Positions 50,801 through 63,638 of a stretch of DNA of 64,000 bases are shown here, piece by piece. The stretch comes from Raillietiella orientalis (lineage: Eukaryota): assembly GCA_036172245.1 (NCBI GenBank), contig JAYWIR010000002.1:4712001-4776000 (forward strand), in the 5' to 3' direction. Within the stretch, counting starts at the first letter, position 1. Every line of letters starts with the position of its first letter. The notes under the pieces were generated by a model. That model did no database searches. It was not told the DNA's origin and saw only the letters and a program-made list of their open reading frames with translations. Position numbers and translations under genes: made by a program.

Positions 50801-52326
50801 GAAGACAAATGTATTCATTTTCACGCTCAGTCTGGGAGACGAAGAAGCCTCTACTCTTCAGAGTTTCGTCGGATCGTTCCTTCTCTTACAGGTAATTCAT
50901 CGGAAAGATCCAGAAAACCTTCCACTCAAGCAGCTGATTCCACGAATAATCTTCCATTAAAACAGAAAACCGGCACTGTAGGTCATGTCAGATTTTTCGG
51001 AAAACCACTTGGGACTTCTAAACTTCGGAAGATTCTTAGACAAAATGGCGATGTGCTTTGAAACTACTACTACGTGTGCATGGAAGCAAATAATGCCTAA
51101 GGTATAACGAGAAGAAGAGCTTTGGGGAGCTGAGGTTGCAAATAGTCGATGTTAAAAATTGACAAGAGGTTACGCAGTGCCACTAAGGATCACGGAGTAA
51201 ATAAGGATAGAGGCGGCGCTACTCCCATACTGGAATAGAACTACTAGCATGTATCCCCTTCGTTAACATTCAGCTTCGTGTCCTCAGCAGGTTTCTGCAC
51301 ATCTCTTTTGGCTAATCAGGATTTTCTGGTAAAGCAGTTTTCTGAAAATGCGTTTTGTATTCCGGGCTCTCGGGACAGCACGCTACGGAAACTCTTTCAC
51401 TCCGGGGCTAACGCAAACAGCAAGCGGAAGTGTGATGTGCGATCTTGTTTTTCCCTTCCACTGTTTTCTCCTTTTTGTCTCTCCAGTTTTGGAGCAGCCT
51501 TCCGATCTCCATCTACGGATATCATTCTGAACAACGAAATGGACGATTTCTCTCTGCCCCAAAACGGGGAAACTCTCAGCGCCAACAAAGTAGAGCCAGG
51601 GAAAAGCCCGTTTTCATCCATGGCGCCATCTGTCTTCGTGGATCAGGATGGAAGAGTTCGTCTGGTTATCGGAGCTGCTGGAGGAACGAGAATCACATCC
51701 ACAATAGCCCAAGTATGGAATGATCTTTCATGTTCCCAGTTAGGAGCCGTGCCCGTAGCCGATATCGAAGAAAAAAAAAAAATTCCGATTTTTAATTTTC
51801 ATACTTTGAGGATTCGACTTATCCTTTCGAATATTGAGGAGGTAATGAGATAGCAGCCTCCCTAGCATCGCTTGCACGAAAGTACCTAAAACTAAATTTT
51901 GCAAAATTAAAGTTCGCTTTGGATGAGCGGCTGGAAGATCTGATACTTTTCTGATTGTACACCATTGCTCGTTGCTTCCTTTCATTCTTTTCTTTTTTTA
52001 CGAGTAACGAAATTGTAGGTTTCTGCGATGCATCTCTGGATGAATACAAGCCTTCAGACGGCTGTGGATCATCCCAGAATCCATCAACATTCAACGCACC
52101 TTTTGTATGAAGAAGGATTAGATAGGGTGCGTACCTTCACATTCGAATTTCAGCAGCTAAAATTCAGCACGTTGTTGAGAGTTTAAAGATTATTGGACAC
52201 AAGGTGAAAGCCTTCAGACCCGGAGGTTCTGTCGTTTGTGCAATCGGTGTAGATGCGGATGGAACGATGAATGCAGTGTCTGATTACAGAAAAGATGGAC
52301 ACGTCGATGGGATCGACTCTGCATAG
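38424..52326 (+). CDS. GGT: Gamma-glutamyl transpeptidase / glutathione hydrolase (Ntn hydrolase)
   Basis: Exons 38424-38641, 47428-47648, 48893-49082, 49133-49333, 49403-49631, 49673-49863, 51487-51712, 52019-52126, 52168-52326, joined in frame. Motifs: GAVSSDGTPCSTIGRNILEKNGSAVDAAIATLFCVG..HSMGLGGG, REVAP, AVAVPGELKG, DYGTSHVSV (catalytic Thr), NNEMDDFS, PFSSMAP, GAAGGTRI, SDYRKDG. Confidence 0.93.
39450..40400 (-). mobile_element. Decayed RTE-like LINE fragment in GGT intron 1
   Basis: GIKDANITIARNHKEEGKECSY resembles RDA.I..LYK.KG...C.NYRGI; followed by C.R..PTLDSV (CGFR..RST.D-like). Confidence 0.4.
40400..43450 (-). mobile_element. Decayed BEL/Pao LTR retrotransposon pol in GGT intron 1
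   Basis: EVHARGSVSQLS..DARTE..RISWLDL (ELH.F.DAS..K.RVAP..IPRLEL), ENDG..LR..APEH, IIFNW..APGGTF..IERMQNDP (I.W.F..P..GG..IE..LNSRP) in the expected order. Confidence 0.5.
41802..41886. repeat. (CT)n(GT)n compound microsatellite
   Basis: About 59 nt of perfect CT repeat followed by about 26 nt of GT repeat. Confidence 0.97.
44700..46430 (-). mobile_element. AT-richer L1/Tx1-like element, copy H (EN + tether + post-RT; RT apparently absent)
   Basis: VVEGHVF..IQILSI, TNDAFSDNFP..SF..ETTRYD (~45990-45890), AWKATNKLI (~45765), YWSTNK, FHTIGI (~45425), AWK, then FFNEEITRFT..PPTP..RQVRHGILLLHRSLGG (~45310-45175). Confidence 0.55.
48090..48720 (+). mobile_element. Mariner transposase 3' remnant with inverted partial duplicate, in GGT intron 2
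   Basis: GIVLLLHDNAR, HPPCSPDPVTTTSSFLHLKK (YSPDLAP.D motif), KKCLERNGDYVGR end; 48169-48282 is the reverse complement of 48455-48570. Confidence 0.85.
50350..50850 (-). mobile_element. Decayed LINE RT C-terminal fragment in GGT intron 6
   Basis: RLSASPTT..QVNGLPITQISS..IQDTLRSH resembles L..N..KT..I.G..I...KYLG..D..L.F..H. Confidence 0.35.
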
Positions 52327-54849
52327 AAGAATGGCTCCATACTGCAATGCGATCCGTCAAAAAAAATCACTGCTACCAAGATGGGATTCTTTATTTCGTT
52401 TTTCGGAACATATCTTGCAACAAAAACAAAACAAAACAAAATAATCGATGAGAAATTAATAACAAAAAGTAAAAATACTTTTCCCACATTTTTTCTTCAA
52501 ATTTCGTAACATCTCAACATGCTTTTAAGTTGGCTGGATTGCAGAACACAATTGGCATCGATGTTCAAAAGCTGGCCGAAGGTATCAGCGCTGAATGCAA
52601 CGTGCTATACCCTAAGCGTCAATACCTGCAAATGTATCTTCCAAGTACAGAATAATAAGTAAACACAATGTTCTGGAACATAATTCCTTCTCTTGGAGCT
52701 AAATCTCTGTAACTCCAAAATGCGCAGAGCGTGCCTATGGAGTGCTCATGGAGACCATCCTCTCCAACTGATGCACCCTTGAGCAGTATATTCGTTGGAT
52801 TCCTCTCTTGATTCCCAAGTCACTGTATCAGCGGAAACACAAAATACTTGATTTATGTTTTGGGGGAGAATCTCTTCCTTTTCTGGATTGAAATGTTGAT
52901 CCCCTCTCATCGATCCCGATGCTGCCTACACATGGGGAGAAAAAAAATTCGAAAGTAATATTCGAATTTTTCTCGAACGCTACAGGATTGCAATTCACTT
53001 TGTTTTGGATCTCGTGGGCACTTAATTTTCAGGTCTGGCAACTCTGTGTTGAATACCGCATTCCCTTCTTCACTGTTTCGCCCATTATCAGATACGCAAT
53101 ACTGTGAATAAAGTCCCAACACACTGCGTGTTCATCCCTATTCTGTTTAACATTAGCACAATGATCCGATGGCTTTCATGAAAAAAAAAAAAGAAAGAAA
53201 AGCTTTTCGGCAGCAGCAACTTTCACATTATCCCAGGGTGCATCATGTAGCGTTCGAAAAGAACATAGGCATATGATTTTTTCCCTTGCCCGCTGTACTG
53301 CCGTGCTGAGCACATTTAAAGGTCCGAAATGAGGCCTAGAAATATGAACTTAAGAAACACGCTTATTTGATACGAATAAATTCACCTTCCGGTTCGCATT
53401 AGATAAACATTTGAATACACCGTTTTGACTGTACACACACATCTACTCATTCTACGAACCCATTGCAGGAAGTACGCCTTGCTGACAGACAGCTTGCGGG
53501 AGAAAAAAAAAAGCGAAACCGCGGTCTTCGAGGAGATCTTCGAGGAGAATTTGCTTCTTGCAGTGCTGTCAGATGATCATTCTTCAGAAAAGTCTTAGCA
53601 GACTGATTCGTGCAATGAGATGCTCTTGTGAATGTATGGATGAGTCCGCATGTATGGATGAGGCGTTTTTCTTTTTAACCTAGATAAACTACATAAACTC
53701 TTTGGTTGGTTCACTGTAAACAGAGATTTGTCTTAGCCTTTGCAACATTATGTTTCTAGGAATAAAGATTGAAAACACCCACTGATCTGCCGTTTTGAAA
53801 TCATCGATTTCGCTTATGTGTGAAATCCAGTTTCAGTATTTGCTACTTCAATGTTGGAAATGCAACTGTGCTCACTTTGTTTTTAATTTTTTTTTTCTTC
53901 CAGCTACTAATCGAACGATTCTAAATGGGATCTGTGGAATGCTGATTTTCATTTCCCCCCTTCAGTGTACCAAGATCTTCAACTCTTCCAAAAAGTCTTC
54001 GGGTGATACGTATAGCCCAAAGTTGAAGTTGTATTCCACACTTTTCAGAAACCGATCACGTTCCGGAAATAAAGTAGGAAGAGGTGGAGAAAAACTTTCA
54101 GGAGGCTTTCTAAGAGCAGAGGTTGGAAAATCGTACTCAAAATAGCGATCAAACTCCACCAAGAATGGCTCACAACCCTTCTACGGGAATCAGTTACAAT
54201 TCCCAACGGAAGGAATAGAGGAATTTGCTTGCGATTTGCAAGAAATCTCGCTTGTAAATAAGCAGATGCATCTTTTTTCGGCATTTCAAGGGACATGCAA
54301 CTTTAAAACGCAGAAGCAACATCCTTGGTGAGGAGGGAAAATACTCCGAACTCCAGAGTTTAAACTTCAAGTTTTGTTAACTGTTCAAGAGTACGGCTGA
54401 GAACTTTCATCACAAGATGTGTATCAGAGCAGAGATTCATCATTTGCGTCCACTCATCTTTCTTTATTGCAGCACGGGAATGCTTACCCCATATGCGGCA
54501 GGATCCTGCTTCAGATAGCAGCTCCTTCTAGAAAACGGAGCTACTAAGCAGTGTAAAGTAAGCTCTTCTGGAGAAAGTGATACTTGAATCATTGGGCACT
54601 CGGTTGTCACATATGTGACATATGTCACGCACTCTTCTCACTTTACACTTCCGGGTTTGAGGAACTTATCGAAAATTTGATACAGAGATGAAAACGACAC
54701 TTTGTCGAGAATCTTACTGCTGGCGAACAGAAGGTAAACCATGCAATTGCAAAGATGAAAGAATCATAAAATGAAACTAGAATGAAAACACGGTTGTAGC
54801 TGTGATCAGTTTGGAAGCAATTAATTTCACACCAGCGTTGCCGAAAAAT

Positions 54850-55580
54850 AGTCAATGATACAAAACAAGGTGTGCCACTTCTCCGACTTGCAGACCTGAT
54901 GAACCACGAATACAGTCACGAAGTTTATGTGCAAATTCATCATCCCAGAACTACACTGAAATCAACTACGCATCCATCATCCATGATACGAATGCCTGGT
55001 GGTTTCACCAGGATGCAAAAAACTTGCGGCATTTACTTTCCGACTCGTTGGAGATGAGAACAGAAAATAAGACCCTTGCATGAAATTCGCCAATAATAAT
55101 GCTCTTGCATCTCCAAAGCAGAAATCAAGTGGCCACTTGGTTACCTCCTCGTGACACACCGTGTTTCAGCATACTTTTGAGAAAACGACAGGCACTTCGC
55201 ACGGAAGAGTTCGTCAGCAATGACGAATCATCAGAACCAGGCAGCTGTTTTGCATATTGGAAACGCTGGCTTGGGACCTTTGAACTGCTTTTCCAATTCG
55301 TTCACAGCGGTGCTCCTTTGCTGTTGGCAAATGGTAGGTAATACGCGTAGGGTTCTCAAAAACGAGCAGGCGTTCGCCAAAGGGCATTTGTGGACGCACA
55401 CTGCGCAGTTTCCGTGGCATAAACAGCCGACGGTGTCATTTCTGTTGGATGCCTGGCACAAGCCTCAACGCGTTTCGGTCAGTCGAAGCTTACCAGTCTT
55501 ACTAAATGGCTTCATGAGGAAACCCAGCATGCTTAATGATAATGATCTCAACAGAAACGTCCAAATGAAAACATACTAGA
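54850..55580 (+). mobile_element. Possible pogo/Tigger (DDE_1) transposase remnant
   Basis: NAWWFHQDAKNLR (S.GW...F..R-like) and FPWHKQPTVSFLLDAWHKP (LLLD...H-like). Confidence 0.3.
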
Positions 55581-55971
55581 ATGAGTTGGAAACAATTTTT
55601 AATGAATTTTTTACTTCGGTGATTTTTTATTTTACTCTTTCATGTTTCCTGTGAAACTTAATTCCATTCATTCATCTGGAATTACCTCAAATTGTACTAT
55701 TTGATTTGCAACAGCACTGCTAAAAGGAAACATGCACCTGGATAAATGAGAAATAGCACTTTCATCAAAAAAACAGCAGAAAATGCAAGATAACTTTTCA
55801 TAAATGTTTGAAGAAAAATTTCTGAAAACTGTCAATGCAGTGTTAATGACTGGTGAAGCTTTACATGCATATCTTTCATGGAATTTTTTTTTCCCATGTG
55901 AGGACTAGAAAATGGCCCTCATTTCATCTAAACCACAGCTATGATGGCTAGTTCTCTCTGTGACCAACCTA

Positions 55972-56989
55972 TTACATATCATCCAACAGCAACATCAGGT
56001 AATCCTCCAAAACCACTTGGGCTAACAAGCAATCCACTACACATCTGATAACTTGTTTTGCATCTTTTGTTACCTAAGAAGCTCTGATTGTGCACTGCCA
56101 AATCAAATGCTGTATCTCCTATCATGTTGGTTAAAGTAAGATCAGCACCATGTTCCAAAAGTTCACGTACGCAGTTAGGAAAATTACCATAGCAAGCATA
56201 CATTAAGGCTGTAGATCCTAACTGATCCATCTTCACAATAGAAAACTCCTGAAATCTAACTCACGTCATCACAATGATTGATGCAAGCACCAGCAAGTAA
56301 CAGGTGCTGTACAACTTCCAAATGACCTCTGGATGCAGCAAACAAAAGAGGAGTGACCCCATCAGGGCCAATACAGTTTGGATCATGTCCATTAGACAAA
56401 AGCAGTTTTACTGTAGGTCCTTGTCCATATCCTGCAGCCCACATAATAGCAGTCAAACCATGAACATCAATTCTAAATGCATCACCCTCTGCATAGCTTA
56501 AAAACTTAAGATCTCTGCTGTTCTACTCTCACTACCTTTATCCAAAATCTCCTGCGTAACTTCACCCTGTCCTGCTTTCTGATGTAAACTAACCACTTCC
56601 ATTTTGGGATAAAAGGAGTGAGTTTGGGTATTTCCACGGGTTAAATTAGTCAACAGCGTGGTGGACTGCATGCAAGTATGTTGATTACTTTGACCATTAA
56701 CTTTATAAGGAGTGAAAGCACTGCAACGCCCTGTTGTATCAGTCCATGTGCTGGAAGGGGGAAAACCCATAACCTGGGAAGTACGACAAGGTCTGTGTCC
56801 CATATTTTGTGATTTTCTTCGGCGTTTCACACTGGTAGGTTGAACCACACTGGTCACCAGTTTATCGTTGCTGACTTTGTATGTAGTCGAGGTAAATGGC
56901 ACAGGTTCCAACTTGGAACTCAAAAAATTCTCTACCTCCTTATCAGGATCATCTAAATATGGTTTTTTATCAACAGAGGTTGAATCCAT
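55972..56989 (-). CDS. ANKRA2: Ankyrin repeat family A / RFXANK-like protein
   Basis: Exons 56989-56702, 56665-56536, 56488-56265, 56221-56074, 56021-55972 (the first intron is in-frame and could be retained). SAFTPYK/STTLLTNLTRGN..SLHQKAGQGE is typical of ANKRA2/RFXANK; ankyrin repeats GLTAIMWAAGYGQ, GVTPLLFAASRGH, GSTALMYACYGN; ends AQVVLEDYLMLLLDDM*. Confidence 0.9.
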
Positions 56990-57499
56990 TATGACTTGAC
57001 TTTAAAAATCCCATTCACTAGAAATACTCATCATGTGAATAAATATCTTTTCACTTTAACACATCTGAAAAATTTTCGGAGTTTATGCAGAATTAACATC
57101 ACAACCAAATCTCCATCCGTGCAACATTCGACTCTATTAAAAAAAATCTGGGGGTATTGAAATCAACGTGAACAATTTCCGGATTATCTATCAAGGGGGG
57201 CAGCAAAGTAATTCAAAAACGCAATACAGAAATTCAAATCTGCTTCGCTCCGTATACAGAAAATAAGGACGATCGTTTTTCCTCCCTTTTCTTACTACTA
57301 ATGCATGCTTCACATTAATACAGCTGAATAAACAGATTACGTAATCCGCAACAAATTCACCCGTTGCAAGTGCAATCGCCGAAAGAAAATTTCAAAACGT
57401 AACGGCATCAAAAAACAGCATGCAAATCCTGGATGCCAATTTCGGTCACGTCTGAAAAAAAAAAAAAAAATGCTGCTGTCTAATCGAGAACAATTCCCA

Positions 57500-58500
57500 T
57501 GAAAGATCAATTAATTTCGAAACTTTTTCTTGAGTCTCCTGCCAGTACAGATTTCACTTCTCTCATTCAAGGTGCAAGATTCCAGTTACATACGTTCCAT
57601 AACCCATTGGGGCCAGCCCGAAAAAGATTCCTAGCTTTGCCTATATGCACAATTCAAGTTATTCAGCAAACTTTCATGATCTTTCAACAGTTGTACACAA
57701 AACTCACACACTCCAGGCACGACTTTCGAAGGCAGCTCGAGTTGAAATTTGACGCAGGATAGTTTATGTCTCGATCAGAGGACGAAGACTTCAAGTTTAA
57801 GACTCGAATCCCAAGTAGGTTCAGTAATGGGAAGGGAAAGCAGTGACAAAACAGTCAATCTCGAATATTAATATAGCATATTTTCCTATCCAGTTGTCTC
57901 GGACTGCAACCGCCGATTGCGTAGCTACCGTCGTAATTCGTGACGTACCCAGAAGCAATTTGCTCCGATGCAACGGAATCCTGGAATGGGGGGAGGAGGG
58001 GAGTACTAGGGCATCGTCCATCCCGTCTTCACCTATCATCGTAGTATTCAAAATCGAAAATGGCCTAGGTTTGTTGTTTTCAAAAGAAGAACGAGGCGCT
58101 GTGTTGAAAAGAATGCAAAATACATGTCTCTGAAGGAAAAAGAAAGAAAATCACGCCCTCTTGAAGCTTGGATCACCACCGATAATTCTAGTCAAGGCAC
58201 TCGGTTTACGTGCTCTCCTCGCCCTAGAAATGTTCTTGGCTTTCCGTTTTCGAATTTAATGGGATTTGCTTCACTTTGAGCACTGGCGCTGCAGCCTGAA
58301 GCCGATACTAACCTCTGCGCTAAGAACAGAAACCAACATTTCATCTCCTGGAAGAGATCATTTTCGAAACAGAAGGCACTCGTTTTGAGATTTTGCCAAG
58401 CAGCGTACATTTTGACAAACAGTTTAACTGTTTTAACTGTTTGCCAATTACAGTCAACCCTACTGATTGCACTGTCTGATGACAACGAAAATCCATAAAA
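57500..58500 (-). mobile_element. Decayed RTE-like LINE RT fragment
   Basis: GMDDALVLPSS (FADD-like) followed by IVHIGKARNLF..LWN (RI.KA..AF..VW, typical of RTE). Confidence 0.5.
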
Positions 58501-58899
58501 TTAGGACAAAAATATTCCCATGTATTAAAATTGAAGCTATGAGAAGGATCTTTTCAAGATGGACTCTTTAGGATTCGGCTGCTGCTAAATTACCTAACGG
58601 AAAACACAAACAAAATCGTAATTGGTAAAATTGACGAAAATACGAGTAAAATTATAGAAGCATTGGCATCATAGTAATTAAAGTAAGCGGGATTTTGTGC
58701 AGCTTTCTTTGCTATCCCAAAGACACCGAGCTCGGGTTGTCACAACCTCGACCTCATGATGCGCTGCTCTTCTGGTTCCTTAAGTGTTATGCCCAAAATG
58801 AAATTTTTCCACATCACACTCACTGAATTCGTAATTTTCTGATCATATGTTCACGGTTTTCTGCCATTGCTCATCCTGTCAGTCATCTAAGATTCTGAA

Positions 58900-59320
58900 T
58901 CTAACAGACAGAAAATCAAACCTTCTATGGTTTTTAAGAATTGCATGCACAATTTCAACCACGTTCCCATTCTTTCTTTTTCTAAGAAGTAGGTGAAAAT
59001 TCGATGAAGATCATGAAAAACTAGATGAAATGAGAATACTTAGCAAAGTCCTTCGAAAGGACAACACCATTATAGATACAAGTCGAGATTTTGTGATGCA
59101 GCTCTGAACGAAGATTTCCATGGATTCTTGAAATGTAAAATATTTACTCATCACTGTTAGTCCCGTAAGTGGAAGACCTCTAAGAGTGTGCAAGATTCGA
59201 AGAGCGAAACATCCATTCATTGCGAACTTTGCGACAGATGTAAACGTTCCTGTTTTGTCACTGGCAAAACAAATCGCTGCACCTTGTAAAAACTCCAAAC
59301 CATACAAAAAAGCTACATAG
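58900..59320 (-). mobile_element. RTE-like LINE C-terminal fragment
   Basis: LYGLEF..KF..CFALRIL resembles LLYG.ETW..F..RCLR.IL. Confidence 0.4.
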
Positions 59321-60980
59321 GATGTAGAAGGAATTTCCTACCGGCAACAGTGACGTGACGGCAGACTTTTTTTTGCGTTTTCCAGCTCGGATATTTCGTT
59401 CGTGACCGGAAGCCACAGACACAATCAGGCAAGGAAGTCACACCTCTGTGCATAAACGGGAATTTCTTATTTACGGTAGATCAAAGTTATAAGCCTTTGA
59501 TGTTCAGTTCTTAGAGTGCACGAAGATGAGGATGAACCGTGCGTACGTAGGTCGGGAAACTTATATTCTTCCCCACTTAAAAGTCTTCATAAGAATTGGA
59601 TTCCTCTTCTCTAAGATTTACACAAGTTGCAAGAATTTAAAAAAAAAAAAAAAAATGCCTCTGAGGAATAAGTATTCCGGATTTGGAATTCTTGGATTTT
59701 AGCATTTCCTCATAAGCTAAAAACGAGACTTGCAACCATGAACTTTTTAGACCTTCAACAAGCGCAGAAACCCAATCTGTTCATGACAAAGTAACTAATT
59801 TACTGTGTGACTTTCTGACACCTTTTGATTTTTCACAATGCTAGCACAGAATGAATACAAAAACATCACGTGCACTTTGTTTTATTCCCGAATGTGGCAA
59901 CTGGACATCCAGCATTTAATCCCTGGACGCATCTAGTTTATTAGGACACTATGGTTTGCCTTGTTCGTTTTTTGGTCTCATTCCATGAGCACTAAGTCGG
60001 TCCTGCTGGAACCAGCATCTCTCTATAAGATCAAATTAGTTACAGTAAAGAAATAGCGGAAAAGACAAAGTAGGCTGCAATGCTGAAATGAAGCACACAG
60101 GCAACTGATTCAGTTCAATAATTTCTGCTATGCATTACGTACGGTGATTTTCTTCAGCTGTTTACATTTCGCTCCTTTTCAGCACGAACATGCAAAGGAA
60201 TTAAGCTGGGAGCACGACTCGAGTCAACAAACCTTCGAAATTCAAAGGCATCACGGCACCGGGGGAAGACTTTCCATGGAGGCACAAGCAGTTTCATTCA
60301 TCAGGTCCTGACCTTAACTCAGCCTAACCCAATTCCTTGCGATCTCTACGCATTCTCCGAATCCCCGAATATTTTGCTGCTGCAATTTACAGCATCGTAA
60401 CGAAGTGTGGGCAAATTACATTTAAAGCAAAGCATTCATTACCTCTTCAGGAACGGATCCGGTCACTACTAAATCTGCTTCAATTTCTGAACTGTGCCAT
60501 CACGTAAACTTTTAATACTGCATCACTCGCGACGCATTTTATTTTGTTTTGCAATTATTATGTTTCATCGCTTGCATTTTTACTTTTTATTTTACGTTAA
60601 TATTTGTCTAACATGCTACACATCAACAAGAACTGCAACGTAAATGGCTTACAGCCACCAATGAACTGTACAGAAAACTTTCATGCTTCCATATCCATTT
60701 TGAGACATGAACATAATTCTCGTACTTTAACAATTTTCTCTCTGCAACTGTTCAAAATACACACAAACTATGCAGAAACTCAATGAAAGAAGCCTGTTTA
60801 CATTTTCTTACTTTGGTCTTCAAACTTATCACTTCCTCATGCTTTTTTGATAAGTAAAATTGATATATTTAAAGAAAACAAAGAAAAACAAAGTTTTCAG
60901 ATGAGGAAACTTCTGAAACAATGAAAGATCAAGTCATTGGTGAAACTATAAAGTACTCTTTTATGTTTAATACCACTACA

Positions 60981-63638
60981 TCAGCGAAATAGTTTACTGA
61001 ATTCTCTTACAGAATACAATACTTGTTTCGAATTTTCTGCTGTTATCACACACTGATGAAAATGCATCATCTGCTGGGCTGTAACTTTGTTAGGAGGCAG
61101 ATTTTTAAGCGTATTCTCTAGCCAACAACTGACCAACTGTCGGTCATAGCACACCATTTCCCACAATAACTCCGATATATCAGGGAGCATATGGGATGGC
61201 AACAAATAAATATAAGCACTTAAAATGTTTGTAATCAGTGTTGGGCCATGCCTTTCTAATAATTGATGCACAAGTCTTCTACGTGTGCTAAAGTCTTCCT
61301 GATCACTAGAACTGTGACCTAGATCCACTAAATCTATAAAAAACTTCACTGATGATGCATTGGCTTCTTTGTGCTCAAGAGTTACTGCTGTGAGTCCAAT
61401 GAGCACAATGTTATCCACTGACACTCGCTGCAAAAATGCAATACCGCATCTCTGCACAAATCTCGTACAGAGTCGAAAGAAATCATCCACTGTATCAGAA
61501 TGAAGACGGAAGCCATCAGGTTCTTGCAGCATGTTAAAAGTTGGAGGCAGAAATGACATAAGCATATCAAGGAGAATGTCAGTGCATAAAGGTTGGCTAC
61601 CATATTCATCCACCAAAATGCTTGCTAAATATAAAAAGCAACTATGCCTATTCTGCAAATACATGGAAACCAGCTGCTGAATGAGAGGACCAAGTAAAGG
61701 AGCTGACTCTTGTCCAATACGGCGAACAGCAAACCGAATACAACGGCAGCAACGCTCCATTACTCTTACATCTGATTGATATTTATTGCAAACAGCAGAA
61801 AGAAGAGGCCAAGCCTGAAAAATAATTCTTTCACAAATGAATTATGCCTTTAAGGTTACCTCTGTAATCACAGATTGACAGGGATGGGGCTTGCCCTCTT
61901 CAACTATTGGCTCAACTTTACTAAATAAAGCTGCAAGGCGATCTAACCAAATGACAGGATCCCCATGGTTTGTATTGTTTGTCACAATCTGTTGCAAATT
62001 GTGCAACTGAATGGCACACAGCTGCCTCAGAACACTTGTCAACTGCTGATTAGGCAAATAACCCAAGACTCCAGCCATGCCTTTAAGTAAACCAACAGCT
62101 GACTCATTGGTCAATTTGTAATTTTCAAGAGACTCGGCAATATGCAACAAACCATTTACATGCTGAGTCATGTGCTTTCTGCAATGGTTACAGATTCTGT
62201 TCAAAGCTCGAGCAGCAGCATTAGCAATGGGCACTTCATTCAGACTAAACACAAGAAAGTTCAAAACAGCTTGCAGCATATCTGGATGATTCGAAATCCA
62301 CTCTGCCAACTGACCCAACAATGTAACAGAAGCATGACGAACAGCTAAATGACTACTGCTTCTCTGTTGGGTGAGTAAACATTGGAGCAAAAGAGGTACT
62401 ATTTCTTCTTCTTCTGGACTGATAAATACAGCTACAGCTGCCATCAAAAATAGTCCAGCTTCACAGACTTCCCAGGAACTGGCATTCTGAATATGAACAA
62501 ACAGCCGGCGAAAAAAGACTTTTGAAGTGACCACAAATACAATGTCTTTGGTCAGATCCGCTATTCGCGCTCGAAAAGTGGCAAAGTCATCTTCTTCATC
62601 TAATACTTCATCCTAATACACACAGTCCTTGACAGGATAGGTCAACTGTCCTTGCTTGACCTACGTGATCTGGCTCCATCTGGCAATGGAACAGAAGAGC
62701 TTCAAGAAGGCGTAGAACATATGGTGCAAACTGTTGATAAAGTTTATCATCCTTATCAAGAAACAGCTCTTCAGCAAGCCGGAACCAAAAATTGAAAGTA
62801 ACATCAGCAACTTCATAATCATGGTGACTAATACAAATCAAAAGCATTTCCAGCACTTGAAAGGCTTGTGGCTGTGTACCATCAATCAGGACAGGCAGGA
62901 GAACTTCTCCTAGTTCTGAAAAAATGCGACAGAAATTTATCGCCCTTCATGGACGAAGCATTAGAATGCTACATGGTTTGATGTATACTCCCTCACTTGT
63001 GAGAATCTTCTCTTGCCACTGCCATCTGATAGGCACTATTTAACTCAAAGATTTTGGTAAATACCATATCACCAAGAGTTCTATGTTTATTGTATTCATC
63101 ATCAAGAACCATTAAAGCAGAGCAAATGCATTCTGTAGCAGCATCATGTAGTTCACAGGTATTCTAAAAGAAACATGCACTTCAAAAAAGCTGCACATAC
63201 CTCAGCTTTCATAATATCAAATGCTTTGTGCAAAACTTCACTCTTAGCTAATAAGTCACTTGGGAGAACTTGAACTGCCAACCATGATCCCATGCAACGC
63301 AATACTTTTAACAAAATAACAGATGAATGTTGACCACCCATGAAGTGTAAGACACATGTGTTCTAACATCAGAATTTAAAATCTGAAAACTTATTAGATT
63401 TTCTTCTTACCAATAAATTTACTACATCAGGAGAAACTTTTACAAAATGATCAATAATTTGGTGACGACGGTTTTCACCTAATCGTAAATACCGAGAGCT
63501 TATTTCTTCTGGTAACACAATGAGTATTTCCAGCAAAGATTGCAAATATTGATCTGAACCAAATTTTTGCAGCAGCTCATGAACTGGGTTTTGCCATGAT
63601 TCCATCTGGAGAGCCAGATCAGCCAAGGCTAAGCTCAG
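60981..63638 (-). CDS. TNPO3: Transportin-3 (transportin-SR, importin-beta family), 5'-partial
   Basis: Exons 63638-63411, 63362-63201, 63163-62997, 62944-62665, 62612-61860, 61814-60981. LALADLALQM, LEILIVLPEEI.SR.LRLGENRR, TFNFWFRL, DPVIWLDRLA, ERCCRCIRFAVR, HSCFLYLASILVDEYG, DTVDDFFRL and the C-terminal REFSKLFR* match TNPO3. The N-terminal ~100 aa were not found in the window. Confidence 0.96.

Noticed and set aside
32296-56989. NFXL1 and an RFXANK-family gene near each other (both named after MHC class II X-box factors)
   Set aside because: A naming coincidence; no sequence evidence of a functional cluster.
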